From positions 29,749 to 93,748 of the forward strand of contig UQHQ01000005.1 in the NCBI GenBank assembly GCA_900540945.1: DNA of 64,000 nucleotides, given 5' to 3'. The position numbers and the translations under genes were made by a program. Shown in pieces: positions 47,417 through 58,301 of this stretch; the stretch's first letter is position 1; each line of letters opens with the position of its first letter. A model generated the notes under the pieces. That model did not search any database, was not told the origin of the DNA, and saw nothing but the letters and a program-made list of their open reading frames with translations. Origin of the DNA: an uncultured Collinsella sp. GTDB taxonomy: Bacteria > Actinomycetota > Coriobacteriia > Coriobacteriales > Coriobacteriaceae.

Positions 47417-48201
47417 ATACCCGCCGGCATCGCCGAGACCATGTGTGCCGACATACGAGCCTGCGATGTCTTGACGTCCAGGCGGCGCTTGAGCTCAATG
47501 CGCTCCCCCACCATGCTCGACGCCTCGGATAGCAGGTCAGCAAGCGGGGCGCCGGTTCGCTGCGACACCTTGAGCGCCAAAGTGACAAGCGAAAGGCCGG
47601 GGGCATCGATACGGTCGAGTAGGTCATCCAACGCATCAGTCGCCGAGACGCCGCAGTCGATCGCCGCCGCAACGCGCAAAAACTCGGTATGCACCGGCTC
47701 TTGCGCGTGAGTTCCCACAAACCTCATGCCCTGGGCCAGCGAATGACCCGAGGCGAGCGACATAGAGAGCGCCGTAAAGGCCTCGGGCATGGCTTCTTCC
47801 ACATCGTGTTGCTCGCGGCGACGGTCGAAGGTGTCGCGAGCGGCACCTACGCCAAACGGTGCGAGCAGCCCCAGGACAAAGCCGATGGGCGACAGCGATA
47901 CGACAGTCAGGGCAATGCCGCAGACACCACTCGACAGCAGTAAGCATGCCAGTCGCGCCTTGTCATCCTCGATGACAAGGCCAACGCGATGTGCCGGAAC
48001 CAGCGCCGCCCAGGAGTGGGCAATCTTTTTTAGCAGGTCGTTTTCTACCAACTCGCGCGGCAGCCTCTCGGCAACCGACTCAAGCGCATGACTGACCAGC
48101 TCCGCCGGCGGCACGCGCGGCGCACGAGGCTCCGCCCCACACGCCACCGCGGCCGAAAGCCCCGTCAAGCCCCCTACGACGAGGGGCACAACGATCTCCA
48201 T
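47275..48201 (-). CDS. tadB: Flp pilus assembly inner-membrane protein TadB (T2SS F domain)
   Basis: T2SSF domain paralog upstream of tadC. Confidence 0.85.
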   Translation of the reverse strand: MEIVVPLVVGGLTGLSAAVACGAEPRAPRVPPAELVSHALESVAERLPRELVENDLLKKIAHSWAALVPAHRVGLVIEDDKARLACLLLSSGVCGIALTVVSLSPIGFVLGLLAPFGVGAARDTFDRRREQHDVEEAMPEAFTALSMSLASGHSLAQGMRFVGTHAQEPVHTEFLRVAAAIDCGVSATDALDDLLDRIDAPGLSLVTLALKVSQRTGAPLADLLSEASSMVGERIELKRRLDVKTSQARMSAHMVSAMPAGMCAVLALLSADFRRGLATPAGAGTVVLGLALNAVALVVIRRIMRVEL

Positions 48202-49502
48202 TCGTCCACCTCCTCTTGTGTGAGCGTTCCCGAGCGCAGGCCCTCCGCGATAAACGGAGGCTCGCGATCGAGCGTCCAGGTGCGCGTGGCGGCATCGAAC
48301 GTCACGTAGCGCTCAAGCTCCACGCCGCCCGACGCGCCGCGTCGCACCCCCGAATAGGAGGACACGAAACGCCTGCCGTCCGCATGACGCTCGGACATCA
48401 CGATGCCGTCGAGCGCCATGGCAATCTGCTCCTCGATAAGCTCGCTCGGCAGATCGATGCCATAGCGCGCAAGCAGCGTCAAACGCACCACGGTCTCCTG
48501 CTCGGTGCCCGCATGAAGCGTGGTGAGCGATCCGTCGTGCCCGGTGTTCATGGCCTGCAGCATGTCGCAACATTCCGCACCGCGCACCTCACCCACCACA
48601 ATACGGTCGGGACGCATGCGCAGGGCGTTGGTCACCAGATCGCGGATTGTCACCGCGCCCTCGCCCTCAATTGAAGCCTCGCGTGCCTCCAGGCGAACCA
48701 CATGCGGGTGATGCGCAAACTTGAGCTCGGCGGAGTCCTCGATCGTCACGATGCGCTCGCCGGTGGATATCTCGCACGACAGCGCGTTGAGCAGCGTGGT
48801 CTTGCCCGATCCCGTGCCACCTGCAACCGCCAGATCTTGACGCAGCGATACCGCACACGACAGCAGCTGCGCATACCAAAGCGGTAGCGACCCCAGGCCC
48901 ACAAGCTCGTCCAATGAACAGATGCGGTCTGAAAACTTACGGATGGTGAGGATTGGCCCATCGATCGCCACAGGCGGAATCACCGCGTTGACGCGATAGC
49001 CCGTCTTGAGGCGAGCGTTGACGATAGGGCTGCGCTCGTCGATGCGCCTGCCCAGCGGCGAGATGATGCGGTCGATGAGCACGCGGATTTGCTCATCGTC
49101 CTCAAACGCATGCTCGATGGGATATAAGACGCCGCCGCGCTCAAAGAAAGCCGAGCGACAACCGTTGACCATGATCTCGGTGACGGTGTCGTCCTCGATG
49201 AGCGGCTGCAGCGGGCCCAGGCCCACCACGTCATCCAAAATCTCGTCAATGATGGTCTCGCGCTCGGGCGTCGCCAGGTCGGTCGCCTCCTCCACGTTGA
49301 GCGCCGCCTCCACCGCAGGACGCAATTCCGAGCGGGCACGCGCCGGATCGATGTATGCGCTGATACGCGCCACCTCGTCATAGCCCATGCGGTCCATCAC
49401 GGCGCGTTTGGTGCGGCGCTTGACGGCACGGTGGCGTCCCGCATCAACAGGCACTGTCGCCGCGGCTGCACCGGCTTCCTTAATCCTTGTTTGCAAACTC
49501 AT
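48174..49502 (-). CDS. cpaF: Flp pilus assembly secretion ATPase CpaF/TadA
   Basis: Walker [15 protein letters not shown], Asp and His boxes, VirB11/T2SS-E family. Confidence 0.93.
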   Translation of the reverse strand: MSLQTRIKEAGAAAATVPVDAGRHRAVKRRTKRAVMDRMGYDEVARISAYIDPARARSELRPAVEAALNVEEATDLATPERETIIDEILDDVVGLGPLQPLIEDDTVTEIMVNGCRSAFFERGGVLYPIEHAFEDDEQIRVLIDRIISPLGRRIDERSPIVNARLKTGYRVNAVIPPVAIDGPILTIRKFSDRICSLDELVGLGSLPLWYAQLLSCAVSLRQDLAVAGGTGSGKTTLLNALSCEISTGERIVTIEDSAELKFAHHPHVVRLEAREASIEGEGAVTIRDLVTNALRMRPDRIVVGEVRGAECCDMLQAMNTGHDGSLTTLHAGTEQETVVRLTLLARYGIDLPSELIEEQIAMALDGIVMSERHADGRRFVSSYSGVRRGASGGVELERYVTFDAATRTWTLDREPPFIAEGLRSGTLTQEEVDEWRSLCPSS

Positions 49503-51145
49503 CGCGAATCACCCTCGCGCGACCAGGGAAGACGGATGCGCGGGCGCTCGGTGCGCGTCGCACGGTCGGTGACCATATCGCTCCAGGGACCGACGGCGCA
49601 GCCCAGCTCCACGAGCATCTTGCGCGTGGCTTCGCGTACGCTGGTGGCAAAAGCGCTGGTCTGGCCCACTGCCTCGTCAGCACGGCCGAACGCCATGAGC
49701 GCCGCCAAGTCCTGCCCGCCGTCGGCGATGCGGATCTTGGAGCTCAACGCGCAGGTAATCTCAAAGCGCATGGCGACATCCTCGTCAGCGCCGCGCGCGC
49801 CAAACCGGTTGAATACGGCGCTCATGCGCGTACGCGGCACGCCCACACGGCTCGCCAGCTCGATGACGCGTGCCGCGGACGTCGCAGACGACACCGATGG
49901 ATCGCCCACGACCAGGCAGCGGTCGCTCGCCGCCACCGCGGCCGCCACGGCGTCGCCCCAAAAGACCGAGGTGTCGACAAGCACCACGTCGGATTCGTGA
50001 CGCAAGACGTCAAGCAGCAGCTCCACCGGACGCGCCATGAGCTCGGCCTGTTCGGGCGCGGCGACCGGACCCCAAAGCGTGACGCCCGGGGCCACGCGCA
50101 TCGAGGCGGCCACGATGTCCGATTCGGCAAGTGCGCCCGCAGCCGATGGCTCGATAAGCGTCGCCATGTCATGCGGGGCATCGGCACCCAACAGGTCGTA
50201 GAGGTTTCCAAACATCAGGTCCAAGTCGAGCACGGCAGCGCGCAGGCCCAGCAGCGACGCCGCGTGCGCCATGGCGGCGACGATCGTCGACTTGCCGCAA
50301 CCGCCCGAACCCGAGACGGCGCAGACAACCGGGGCTCGATGCGACGAAGCGGCGGCATCCGCCGACGGCGTGGGGGCAGGCGGCGCCGGCACGGGCGGCA
50401 ACGTCCCTGTCTCCCCGGCAGCGCTCATATGCTGCGCCCAAGCCGGCATGGCAGGCTGCTCGGTCCGCGGGGCCGAATCTGGGGACTTCACGGTCGCATC
50501 GACACGAACATTGTCGTTCCCGGCAAGTCCCTCAACCTCGTCGAGCTCATCGACCAGGCTCACGCCATGCACGTATCCCATATCTACAGCCAAAAGATCC
50601 TCGCCATACGGCACCGGCTCTCCGACTTCATCGTATGCAAGGGGGTCCCGGGGACACCGACCATGCTCGGCTTCCGCTTTTCCACAATCATCAACACGCG
50701 GGCCTCTTGTAGCGCGAGGCGCCCCGGGTTCCCTATCAACAAAAGCATCGGGCTCAATCGTCATACACCGGCCGTAATCAACCGTTCCCTCGCCCGCGCG
50801 CCCGTTGCCGCATATGCTGCGCGCAGCGATAACCTCGGTCGCCCCTGCGCGAAACAGCCCCTCGATATCCGAAGGATCGAGCGTCTCTATCAGTACGACC
50901 ACGCGGCTCACGCGGCCCTCGGCCGTCAGGCGCGCAACGGTCTTTCGCACGTCTTCGGCATCGAACAGGGCTGCCGCGATAATCGCCGCCCCGCGACGCG
51001 ACGGAAACGCCCGTGCCATGGACAACAGCCCGTCCAGGTCGCCCACGCGAAGCACTTGCGCGCCCGCATCGCGGCCCTCGACTTCCCGCTGCAGCAATCC
51101 GTAATCACCGCACGCGCAGCATGCAAGCCAGATCGCCTTCATCAC
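49499..51145 (-). CDS. tadZ: TadZ/CpaE-like pilus assembly protein (receiver-like N-domain + ParA/MinD-type ATPase)
   Basis: Deviant Walker A SGSGGCGKST, N-terminal pseudo-receiver. Ala/Pro-rich linker. Confidence 0.8.
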   Translation of the reverse strand: MMKAIWLACCACGDYGLLQREVEGRDAGAQVLRVGDLDGLLSMARAFPSRRGAAIIAAALFDAEDVRKTVARLTAEGRVSRVVVLIETLDPSDIEGLFRAGATEVIAARSICGNGRAGEGTVDYGRCMTIEPDAFVDREPGAPRATRGPRVDDCGKAEAEHGRCPRDPLAYDEVGEPVPYGEDLLAVDMGYVHGVSLVDELDEVEGLAGNDNVRVDATVKSPDSAPRTEQPAMPAWAQHMSAAGETGTLPPVPAPPAPTPSADAAASSHRAPVVCAVSGSGGCGKSTIVAAMAHAASLLGLRAAVLDLDLMFGNLYDLLGADAPHDMATLIEPSAAGALAESDIVAASMRVAPGVTLWGPVAAPEQAELMARPVELLLDVLRHESDVVLVDTSVFWGDAVAAAVAASDRCLVVGDPSVSSATSAARVIELASRVGVPRTRMSAVFNRFGARGADEDVAMRFEITCALSSKIRIADGGQDLAALMAFGRADEAVGQTSAFATSVREATRKMLVELGCAVGPWSDMVTDRATRTERPRIRLPWSREGDSR

Positions 51146-51816
51146 TCGTCGCCTCCGCTCTTTTTGTCGCGCACCGTGGCGGGAATCGTCAAACTGACCG
51201 TCCCCTTACCCGAGGCCCCCAGCAATTCCTTAACGTCTTCGGGGTCGGCCGCCAGCGTCACCCATTCGATCTTGCCTTCACGCGTGGCGCCGGCATCTTC
51301 GCTGGTATCGATTACGCGCGCGCCGCACAGCCGATCGGTCACGCCGTCCTTTTGCACGTACACGTCCACGTAGCTGCCCACGCCCGTGGCGCCCCCGACC
51401 GAATGCTCGGCATCGACCGCCACCGAAACGGCGACCTTGCCTTTGGGCACCTCGAGCGTGTGGGTTTCGGCCTTGGTGTAGACATCGCAAATCACGGCAT
51501 TTTTAGGGATGCGCGAGGTCGTCACGTCGCCGCGCACCTGGCGCAGCTCGGTCGCCGCATCGCGCGGCAACAGGCTCGCCAGCCATTCCTGGGTTATGAC
51601 ATTGGTCTCGTCGAGGGTCTCGCCCACATCGATATCACGCGCCGCGACGCACACCTCGACGCGATCGCCGCCATACTTGGCCAGCGTCTCGGCCTGGACC
51701 TGCTCAGCCTGCGAGCGAATCGACGATGCGTAGACCATGCAGAGCAGCGCGGCGAGCACACCCGCGATTAGACTGATGGCGATGCGCTTGCTCTTGTTCA
51801 CGGCCGCTCCTCTCAA
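51142..51816 (-). CDS. cpaB: Flp pilus assembly protein CpaB/RcpC (SAF domain)
   Basis: N-terminal TM, SAF-like beta-rich domain. First gene of the tad operon. Confidence 0.8.
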   Translation of the reverse strand: MRGAAVNKSKRIAISLIAGVLAALLCMVYASSIRSQAEQVQAETLAKYGGDRVEVCVAARDIDVGETLDETNVITQEWLASLLPRDAATELRQVRGDVTTSRIPKNAVICDVYTKAETHTLEVPKGKVAVSVAVDAEHSVGGATGVGSYVDVYVQKDGVTDRLCGARVIDTSEDAGATREGKIEWVTLAADPEDVKELLGASGKGTVSLTIPATVRDKKSGGDE

Positions 51817-51994
51817 GGTAGCACCGGGCGGATGCCCGTAGCACCATTGTCCGAGCGGGCAAGCAGCAAAACGGTGCGATCGCGATCTTGGTTTTGAGTG
51901 TCAAACCAATTGCCGACCAAAAGCTGACCGGCCCGTCAAGCTCGTGGCAAGGTTTTGGTCAGCACGTCAGCAAAACGCACGTTTAGGGGCGCAT

Positions 51995-52045
51995 CGGCAA
52001 TAAAAAAGCCGCCTCCCGCACCATTGGGAGACGGCTGTCATAGAT
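51995..52045 (-). terminator. Rho-independent terminator downstream of rsgA
   Basis: On minus gccgtctcccaatggtgcgggaggcggc + ttttttattgcc. Confidence 0.7.
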
Positions 52046-52053
52046 AGATTCAA

Positions 52054-53322
52054 TTACAGATGAACATCGGGATCGAGCATCTGAGCACTCACGCGCATGG
52101 ATGACGCCAAGTTTTGGAACGTCTCCAGACGCAGGCTGTCAATCTGTCCCGCGTCCTCGGCCTCGCGAACGGCACAACCCGGCTCATGGGTGTGTGTGCA
52201 ATCGCCAAACCGGCACGCGCGCGACGCCTCGACGATCTCGGGAAACGCGCGGGCCAACCCCCGCTCGTGGCCCACAAGCGGCAGGCTCCGCAGACCCGGG
52301 GCATCGGCGATCACGCCGGCTTCGCCCGGCAGTACCACCATCACGCGCGCGACCGTGGTGTGACGACCCTGGTCGTCGCGCTCACGCACGCCGCCGGTAG
52401 CCAACGTATCGTGGCCCAACAGTGCGTTGAGCAGCGTCGATTTGCCGGCACCCGACTCGCCCAGGATCATGGCGCAGCTCCCGGCGGGCACGCAGACGCG
52501 CACCTCGTCCAGGCCACGGCCCTCGGCAGAAGATGTCACGATTACGCGCACGTCCGGACCCACCAGGCAGTGTACGCGGTCCAAATCGCGCTCGAGCTCA
52601 TCGGTGTCGCAACGGTCGGCCTTGGTGAGTACCACCACCGGCTCGGCATCGCAGTCGAGTGCCAGCACCAGCGAGCGCGCCACGCGGTCGAGCAGCACCT
52701 CGCCGGCGCCGAGCGCCTGCACGATCAGCACGCTATCCACGTTGGAGCAAAGCACCTGACGCTCACCGCGAGCGCGTCCGCGCCAGCGCTCAAAACTCGT
52801 GCGGCGTGGCAGCACGCACTCGATCACGCCCATGTCATGCCCGGGCGCACGGCGCACCGCCACGCGGTCGCCCACGGCGGGCAGCAGAACCTCATCCTCG
52901 CCACGCGACTTGGCAAACCCCACGGCATGCTCGGCACGAAAGGTGTCGTCGGTAGTCGCCACCAGCGGAAACCCGCGATCCAAGCGCACCACGGCACCAA
53001 GTTGCATCTGCTCGGGCTCCTCGGCCCGAGCACAATAATCATCGAAGGCAGCCCGCTGAGCATCATCGACCGGCAGATCGTCGAACGCCGGAACATCCTG
53101 CAGCGCATCGAGTCCCGGCACGCTTGCCAGCAGCTCCTCGGCAGACGCGGGAGCTTCGGTCGCAAGCTTCCGACGACGATCGCGCTTAGCCCGCGCCCCC
53201 GTCGTCTTTTTCTTCGCCTTAGCCTTCGCCTTGCCCACAAGCGCCTCCCAGCACCACAAATCACAACTGAGCAGGTATTTTAAATCAAAAAGAGCTGGCC
53301 GGGCAAAGCCCGACCAGCTCAC
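52054..53322 (-). CDS. rsgA: Ribosome small-subunit-dependent GTPase A (RsgA/YjeQ) with lysine-rich N-terminal extension
   Basis: Circularly permuted GTPase. GESGAGKSTLLNAL, zinc-finger CRFGDCTHTHEPGC. N-terminal KAKAKAKKKTTGARAKRDRRRK tail. Confidence 0.9.
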   Translation of the reverse strand: MSWSGFARPALFDLKYLLSCDLWCWEALVGKAKAKAKKKTTGARAKRDRRRKLATEAPASAEELLASVPGLDALQDVPAFDDLPVDDAQRAAFDDYCARAEEPEQMQLGAVVRLDRGFPLVATTDDTFRAEHAVGFAKSRGEDEVLLPAVGDRVAVRRAPGHDMGVIECVLPRRTSFERWRGRARGERQVLCSNVDSVLIVQALGAGEVLLDRVARSLVLALDCDAEPVVVLTKADRCDTDELERDLDRVHCLVGPDVRVIVTSSAEGRGLDEVRVCVPAGSCAMILGESGAGKSTLLNALLGHDTLATGGVRERDDQGRHTTVARVMVVLPGEAGVIADAPGLRSLPLVGHERGLARAFPEIVEASRACRFGDCTHTHEPGCAVREAEDAGQIDSLRLETFQNLASSMRVSAQMLDPDVHL

Positions 53323-53376
53323 ACACTTTCCTTCAGCTTACGGTCCCGAGAGGCTATCCGAAGGCCCGCCCGCCGG

Positions 53377-53447
53377 GAGGGGTTTCTTCTGAGCGATCCC
53401 GCAGCGCGAAGCGCGAGGACCAGCGAAGAAGAAACCCCGCAGGCGGT
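53377..53447. repeat. Stem-loop with 12-bp stem (ggggtttcttct / agaagaaacccc) and a structured about 35-nt GC-rich loop, downstream of the ATPase gene. No T-run.
   Basis: Inverted repeat read directly from the sequence. Confidence 0.5.
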
Positions 53448-53476
53448 CGGACCGGTGGGAAGGTTGACCTTTCGAC

Positions 53477-56158
53477 CTACTCCTTCTCCACTGCGCGCAT
53501 GATCGCCTTGTAGATCTCCATCAGCGGGATGATCAGGAAGGCAAGGCCCAGCGCGGCGATAACGCCCTTGAGCTCAAGCGTCACGGGGCCAAAGAACATC
53601 TCGGCAAGCGTCGGCTGCACGGTTACGATCACCGTCAGCACCAGCGCCAGCGCGGCAGAGGCCCACAGCCACTTGTTCTGCTTCTTCATGCTAAACAGCG
53701 ACGCACGACGGCTGCGCATATTGAAGCAGTGGAAAATCTCGACCATGTTGAGCGTGATGAAAGCCATCATCACGCCTTCCTCGTCGGCATTGCCGGCGAT
53801 CATATCGGCGATGTGGATGTAGCCCATGTCAAAGTACACGCCCACAAAGAAGCTCGCCAGCACCAGCACAGTGATGATCAAGCCCTGGACCACGCAGTCC
53901 AGGCCCATATTGCCGGCAAAGACACCATCCTTGGCGTTGCGCGGCTTGCGCTTCATGATGTCGCCCTCGGCATCCTCCATGCCCAGCGCGAGCGCGGGGA
54001 AGCAGTCGGTGACCAGGTTCACCCACAGCAGCTGCACCGGCTGGAAGATGGTGAAGCCGATGAGCGTGGCGATAAACACCGAGAACACCTCGGCAAGGTT
54101 AGCCGAAAGCAGGAACTGGATGACCTTACGGATGTTGTCGTAGATGCGGCGACCCTCTTCGCAGGCGCCGATGATGGTGGCGAAGTTGTCGTCGGCAAGC
54201 ACCATGTCGGCGACGTTCTTGGTGACGTCGGTACCGGTGATGCCCATGCCAACGCCGATGTCGGCGCGCTTGATGGACGGGGCATCGTTGACGCCGTCGC
54301 CCGTCATGGCCACGATCTGGTCGCGCGACTTCCAGGCCTCGACGATGCGGGTCTTGTGCTCGGGCTGGACGCGAGCGTACACGCCGTAGTCCTCGATGTG
54401 CGCGTCGAGCTCCTCGTCGCTCATGCGATCGAGATCGGCACCGGTGATGGCATGGCTGCGATCGGTGACGATTCCCAGCTGCTTGGCAATGGCCACGGCG
54501 GTGTCGATATGGTCGCCCGTGATCATGACGGTGCGAATACCGGCATCATGGGCCTCGCGGATGGCGTCGGCGACCTCGGGGCGGACAGGGTCAATCATGC
54601 CGGACAGGCCGCAGAAGACCAGGTCGTGCTCGAGCGCAGCGGGGCTGCAGTCTGCCGGAACCTCGGTGTAGGTGCGGCTTGCCAGCGCCAGCACGCGCAG
54701 GGCCTCGTCGGCCATGGCCTTGTTGGCGGCCACGAGCTCGGCACGGCGCTCCTCAGTCAGGGGGACGACCCTATCGCCCTCGTAGATGTGGGTGCACAGG
54801 CCGATTACCACGTCGGGCGCGCCCTTGGTGTACTGCTCGTACTCGCCGTCCAGGGTCTCGACGACCACGGACATCATCTTGCGGCCCGAGTCGAACGGGG
54901 CCTCGCCCACGCGCGGGTGCTCGGCAGTCAGGCCAGTGAGACCAGCCTTGCCGGCATCGTTGACGAGCGCGCACTCAGTCGGCTCGCCCACGGCCTCGCC
55001 CAGCTCCTCGTCCCACTGGGCATCGGAGCACAGTGCCATACCGGCCAGGAACTTCTCCTTGGGCGCAGCGAGCTCGTGCTTGACGACGGTCATCTTGTTC
55101 TGGGTAAGGGTGCCGGTCTTGTCGGAGCAGATGGTCTGCGTGCAGCCAAGGGTCTCGACGGCAGAAAGCTTGCGGATGATCGCCTGGCGCTTGGCCATCT
55201 TGGTCACGCCGAGCGAAAGCACGATGGTCACGACGGCGACCAGGCCCTCGGGGATGGCGGCGACGGCAAGCGAGACGGCGACCATAAAGGTGTCGAGCAG
55301 GGCAGTCGGGTCGGTGAGGACGTTGCCCACGCCGTGACGGATGATGTCGACGCCAAAGATGACGACGCAGATGACGATAACCATAATGGTAAGGATGCGG
55401 CTGAGCTCGGCGAGCTTCACCTGCAGCGGCGTGAGCTCTTCCTTGGCCTCGGCCAGGGCGCCGGCAATCTTGCCCATCTCGGTGTTCATGCCGGTGCCGA
55501 CCACGACGGCGCGACCACGGCCGTACACAACGGTGGAACCCATATAGCACATGTTCTTGCGGTCGCCGAGCGGCACGTCATCGGTGCCCGCGGCGAGCTC
55601 GATCACGTTGGTATGCTTCTCGACGGGCACGGACTCGCCGGTAAGGGCGGCCTCTTCGATCTTCATCGTGGCGCTCTCGAGGACGCGGCAGTCGGCCGGA
55701 ACGGAGTCGCCCGCCTCGAGCATGATCACGTCACCGGGCACGAGCTCGGCGCTCGGCAGGTGCACGAGCTTGCCGTCGCGCAGTACCTTGGACTGCGCCG
55801 CGCTCATCTCCTGCAGGGCCTCGAGGGCTTCTTCGCTCTTGGCTTCCTGGACCACGCCCAGCACCGAGTTGACGATAACGACGAACATGATAATGACGAC
55901 ATCGGCAAAGTCGGGCTCGCCCTTGACCATGCCCGTGAGCGCACTGATGACGGCGGCAACGATCAGCATGATGACCATGGGATCGGCCATCTGCTCAAAG
56001 AAACGCTTCCACAGCGGCGTCTTCTCGGCTTCCTCGAGCTTGTTAGGGCCTGTCTTAGCGAGGCGCGACGACGCCTCGTCGTCGCTCAGGCCGAGGTTCT
56101 CATCGACACCCTGGTCGCTGAGCACCTCCGCCGCGGCGGACAGGTATTCCTTTTGCAT
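53477..56158 (-). CDS. P-type ATPase, type IIA (Ca2+-transporting, SERCA/PMR1-like)
   Basis: 893 aa. CSDKTGTLT phosphorylation motif, TGDHIDTA, MTGDGVNDAPSIKRADIGVGMG, 10 TM. Confidence 0.92.
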   Translation of the reverse strand: MQKEYLSAAAEVLSDQGVDENLGLSDDEASSRLAKTGPNKLEEAEKTPLWKRFFEQMADPMVIMLIVAAVISALTGMVKGEPDFADVVIIMFVVIVNSVLGVVQEAKSEEALEALQEMSAAQSKVLRDGKLVHLPSAELVPGDVIMLEAGDSVPADCRVLESATMKIEEAALTGESVPVEKHTNVIELAAGTDDVPLGDRKNMCYMGSTVVYGRGRAVVVGTGMNTEMGKIAGALAEAKEELTPLQVKLAELSRILTIMVIVICVVIFGVDIIRHGVGNVLTDPTALLDTFMVAVSLAVAAIPEGLVAVVTIVLSLGVTKMAKRQAIIRKLSAVETLGCTQTICSDKTGTLTQNKMTVVKHELAAPKEKFLAGMALCSDAQWDEELGEAVGEPTECALVNDAGKAGLTGLTAEHPRVGEAPFDSGRKMMSVVVETLDGEYEQYTKGAPDVVIGLCTHIYEGDRVVPLTEERRAELVAANKAMADEALRVLALASRTYTEVPADCSPAALEHDLVFCGLSGMIDPVRPEVADAIREAHDAGIRTVMITGDHIDTAVAIAKQLGIVTDRSHAITGADLDRMSDEELDAHIEDYGVYARVQPEHKTRIVEAWKSRDQIVAMTGDGVNDAPSIKRADIGVGMGITGTDVTKNVADMVLADDNFATIIGACEEGRRIYDNIRKVIQFLLSANLAEVFSVFIATLIGFTIFQPVQLLWVNLVTDCFPALALGMEDAEGDIMKRKPRNAKDGVFAGNMGLDCVVQGLIITVLVLASFFVGVYFDMGYIHIADMIAGNADEEGVMMAFITLNMVEIFHCFNMRSRRASLFSMKKQNKWLWASAALALVLTVIVTVQPTLAEMFFGPVTLELKGVIAALGLAFLIIPLMEIYKAIMRAVEKE

Positions 56159-56505
56159 ATAGAGTCCCCTCCTGGGATTCGGGCCACTCAGCAGATTGAT
56201 GCCCGATCATAATTCCCAGGAGAAGGGCAAGGGCTCATCAAGGCTGCCGTGCTGAGCGGCAGTTGATAGTGGAGCTATGGTACCCCAAAGCAACGCGTCT
56301 AGCCAAAACAATCCATTTGGAAATATGGTCCATAAGCAACGGTGCAGGCCGTGTGATGCTCAACATTGATAAAACGTTTTTTCTTCGGCGCATCATCAAA
56401 CTGAAATATCGCCCAGATAGCAGCGGTTAGAACGGTTGGTAAAGTTTTTGCATATACCGTTTTTCCGCAAAAAATGAACTTCTAATTCGGCATACGGTCG
56501 ATTTT

Positions 56506-56537
56506 TTGGGGTATTCGGTCGCCATTTCGTTATAATC
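56506..56537 (+). promoter_or_regulatory. Probable pyk promoter (perfect -10 TATAAT at 56531-56536, weak -35 TTGGGG) in the AT-rich divergent intergenic region
   Basis: ttcgtTATAATcaac about 65 nt upstream of the pyk ATG. RBS GGAGG 6 nt before the ATG. Confidence 0.4.
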
Positions 56538-56599
56538 AACTCAGTTTTATTTCTTATGGTTTATCTATCAGCGCAAGACGATGTCAGATGGAGGTCTGA

Positions 56600-58060
56600 A
56601 TGTACAAGCGCACTAAGATTGTATGCACCATGGGTCCCGCCTGCGATAGCGACGAGACCATCCGCGAGATGATCAAGGCGGGCATGAACGTCGCCCGTTT
56701 TAACTTCTCGCACGGCTCCTACGACGAGCACCACGGTCGCATCGAGCGCGTCCGTCGTATTTCCAAGGAGCTCGGTATGCCCGTCGGCATCCTGCTCGAC
56801 ACCAAGGGCCCCGAGGTCCGCACCGGCCTTCTGGTCGATGGCAAGAAGGTTGCCGTCAAGACCGGCGACAAGATCGTCGTCACCGCTCAGCCCACGACCG
56901 AGGATTTCCACGGCACCGCTGAGCACATCTCCCTCGACTACCTGGCTCTGCCCTCCGAGGTCGAGAAGGGCTCCCTCATCCTGATCGATGACGGCCTGGT
57001 TGCCCTCGAGGTCGAGTCCGTCGACGGCCAGGACATGACCTGCGTCGTCAAGAACGACGGCCTGATCGGCGAGCGCAAGGGCGTCAACATGCCCAACGTC
57101 AACATCTCGCTGCCCGCTATCACCGAGCGCGATCGTCAGGACATCCTCTTTGGCCTGACCGAGAACATCGACTACATCGCCGCTTCCTTCATCCGTGACG
57201 GCGAGTCCGTCCGCGGCATCCGCGAGCTTTGCCGCGAGAACGGTGGCGAGCACGTGACGATCTTCCCGAAGATCGAGTGCGCCCTGGGCGTCGAGAACTT
57301 CGACGAGATCCTCGAGGCTTCCGACGGCATCATGGTTGCCCGTGGCGACCTGGGCATCGAGATCAAGCCCGAGCTCGTTCCCCACATCCAGAAGGAGATC
57401 ATCGCCAAGTGCAACGCGGCCTACAAGCCCGTTATCACCGCTACGCAGATGCTCGACTCCATGCAGCAGAACCCGCGCCCGACGCGCGCCGAGGTTGCCG
57501 ACGTTGCTAACGCCATCTACGACGGCACCGACGCCGTTATGCTTTCCGGCGAGTCCGCTGCCGGTAAGTACCCGGTCGAGGCCGTCAAGATGCAGGCCAG
57601 CATTGCTCTCGAGACCGAGAAGTACCTCCCGGCCCACGCTCCGCTCGAGGTTCCGGCTGACGCTCACGGCACCCGCGTTGTCAACAACGTTGTGGGTATG
57701 TCCGCTGTGAACATGGCTACCACCGTTGGCGCCAAGTGCATCACCGTGCCGACGACCACCGGTCGTACCGCTCGCCTGATTTCGCACTTCCGTCCCAACA
57801 TGCCGATCTGCGCGTTCTCCCGCCACGAGTGGGCCGTCCAGCAGATGATCATGTACTGGGGCGTTATCCCGCACCAGGCCGAGATTACCCAGGGCACCGT
57901 CAACGGCACGATCGTCAAGGCGATTGAGACCGCTAAGGAGCTCGGCTACGTCAAGACCGGCGACCTGACCGTCGCTACCGCCGGCGATCCCCGCATGAGC
58001 GTCCAGCTCGAGGACAAGGTCTCCTCGACCAACGTCGCTTACGTCGCTCAGGTACGCTAA
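56600..58060 (+). CDS. pyk: Pyruvate kinase
   Basis: 486 aa. KIVCTMGPA, LDTKGPEVRTG, MVARGDLGIE motifs. Confidence 0.95.
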   Translation: MYKRTKIVCTMGPACDSDETIREMIKAGMNVARFNFSHGSYDEHHGRIERVRRISKELGMPVGILLDTKGPEVRTGLLVDGKKVAVKTGDKIVVTAQPTTEDFHGTAEHISLDYLALPSEVEKGSLILIDDGLVALEVESVDGQDMTCVVKNDGLIGERKGVNMPNVNISLPAITERDRQDILFGLTENIDYIAASFIRDGESVRGIRELCRENGGEHVTIFPKIECALGVENFDEILEASDGIMVARGDLGIEIKPELVPHIQKEIIAKCNAAYKPVITATQMLDSMQQNPRPTRAEVADVANAIYDGTDAVMLSGESAAGKYPVEAVKMQASIALETEKYLPAHAPLEVPADAHGTRVVNNVVGMSAVNMATTVGAKCITVPTTTGRTARLISHFRPNMPICAFSRHEWAVQQMIMYWGVIPHQAEITQGTVNGTIVKAIETAKELGYVKTGDLTVATAGDPRMSVQLEDKVSSTNVAYVAQVR

Positions 58061-58067
58061 ATCGCAC

Positions 58068-58129
58068 TTGCAAGCGCGCTTGCATTGCAAAGGGCCCGGA
58101 AGGCTTCGCCTTCCGGGCCCTTTTTCTTT
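58068..58129 (+). terminator. pyk terminator: 17-bp perfect palindrome (58068-58084) followed by a strong GC hairpin + T-run (58092-58129)
   Basis: ttgcaagcgcgcttgca; gggcccggaaggc-ttcg-ccttccgggccc-tttttcttt. Confidence 0.8.
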
Positions 58130-58301
58130 GCGCCAATGCCGGCGCACGGCAAAACACGCACTCATTTCTTTACCAAAAGCGCGAAATCCACCCTTCGAGG
58201 CCCAAAAAATAAAGCCCCAAGCGCTAAAAGTGTTCGCCCGGTGGCAAACCCGTACCTTGACCGACGCTGCTAAATCGTTTTAGCAATAACCAAATCGACC
58301 T

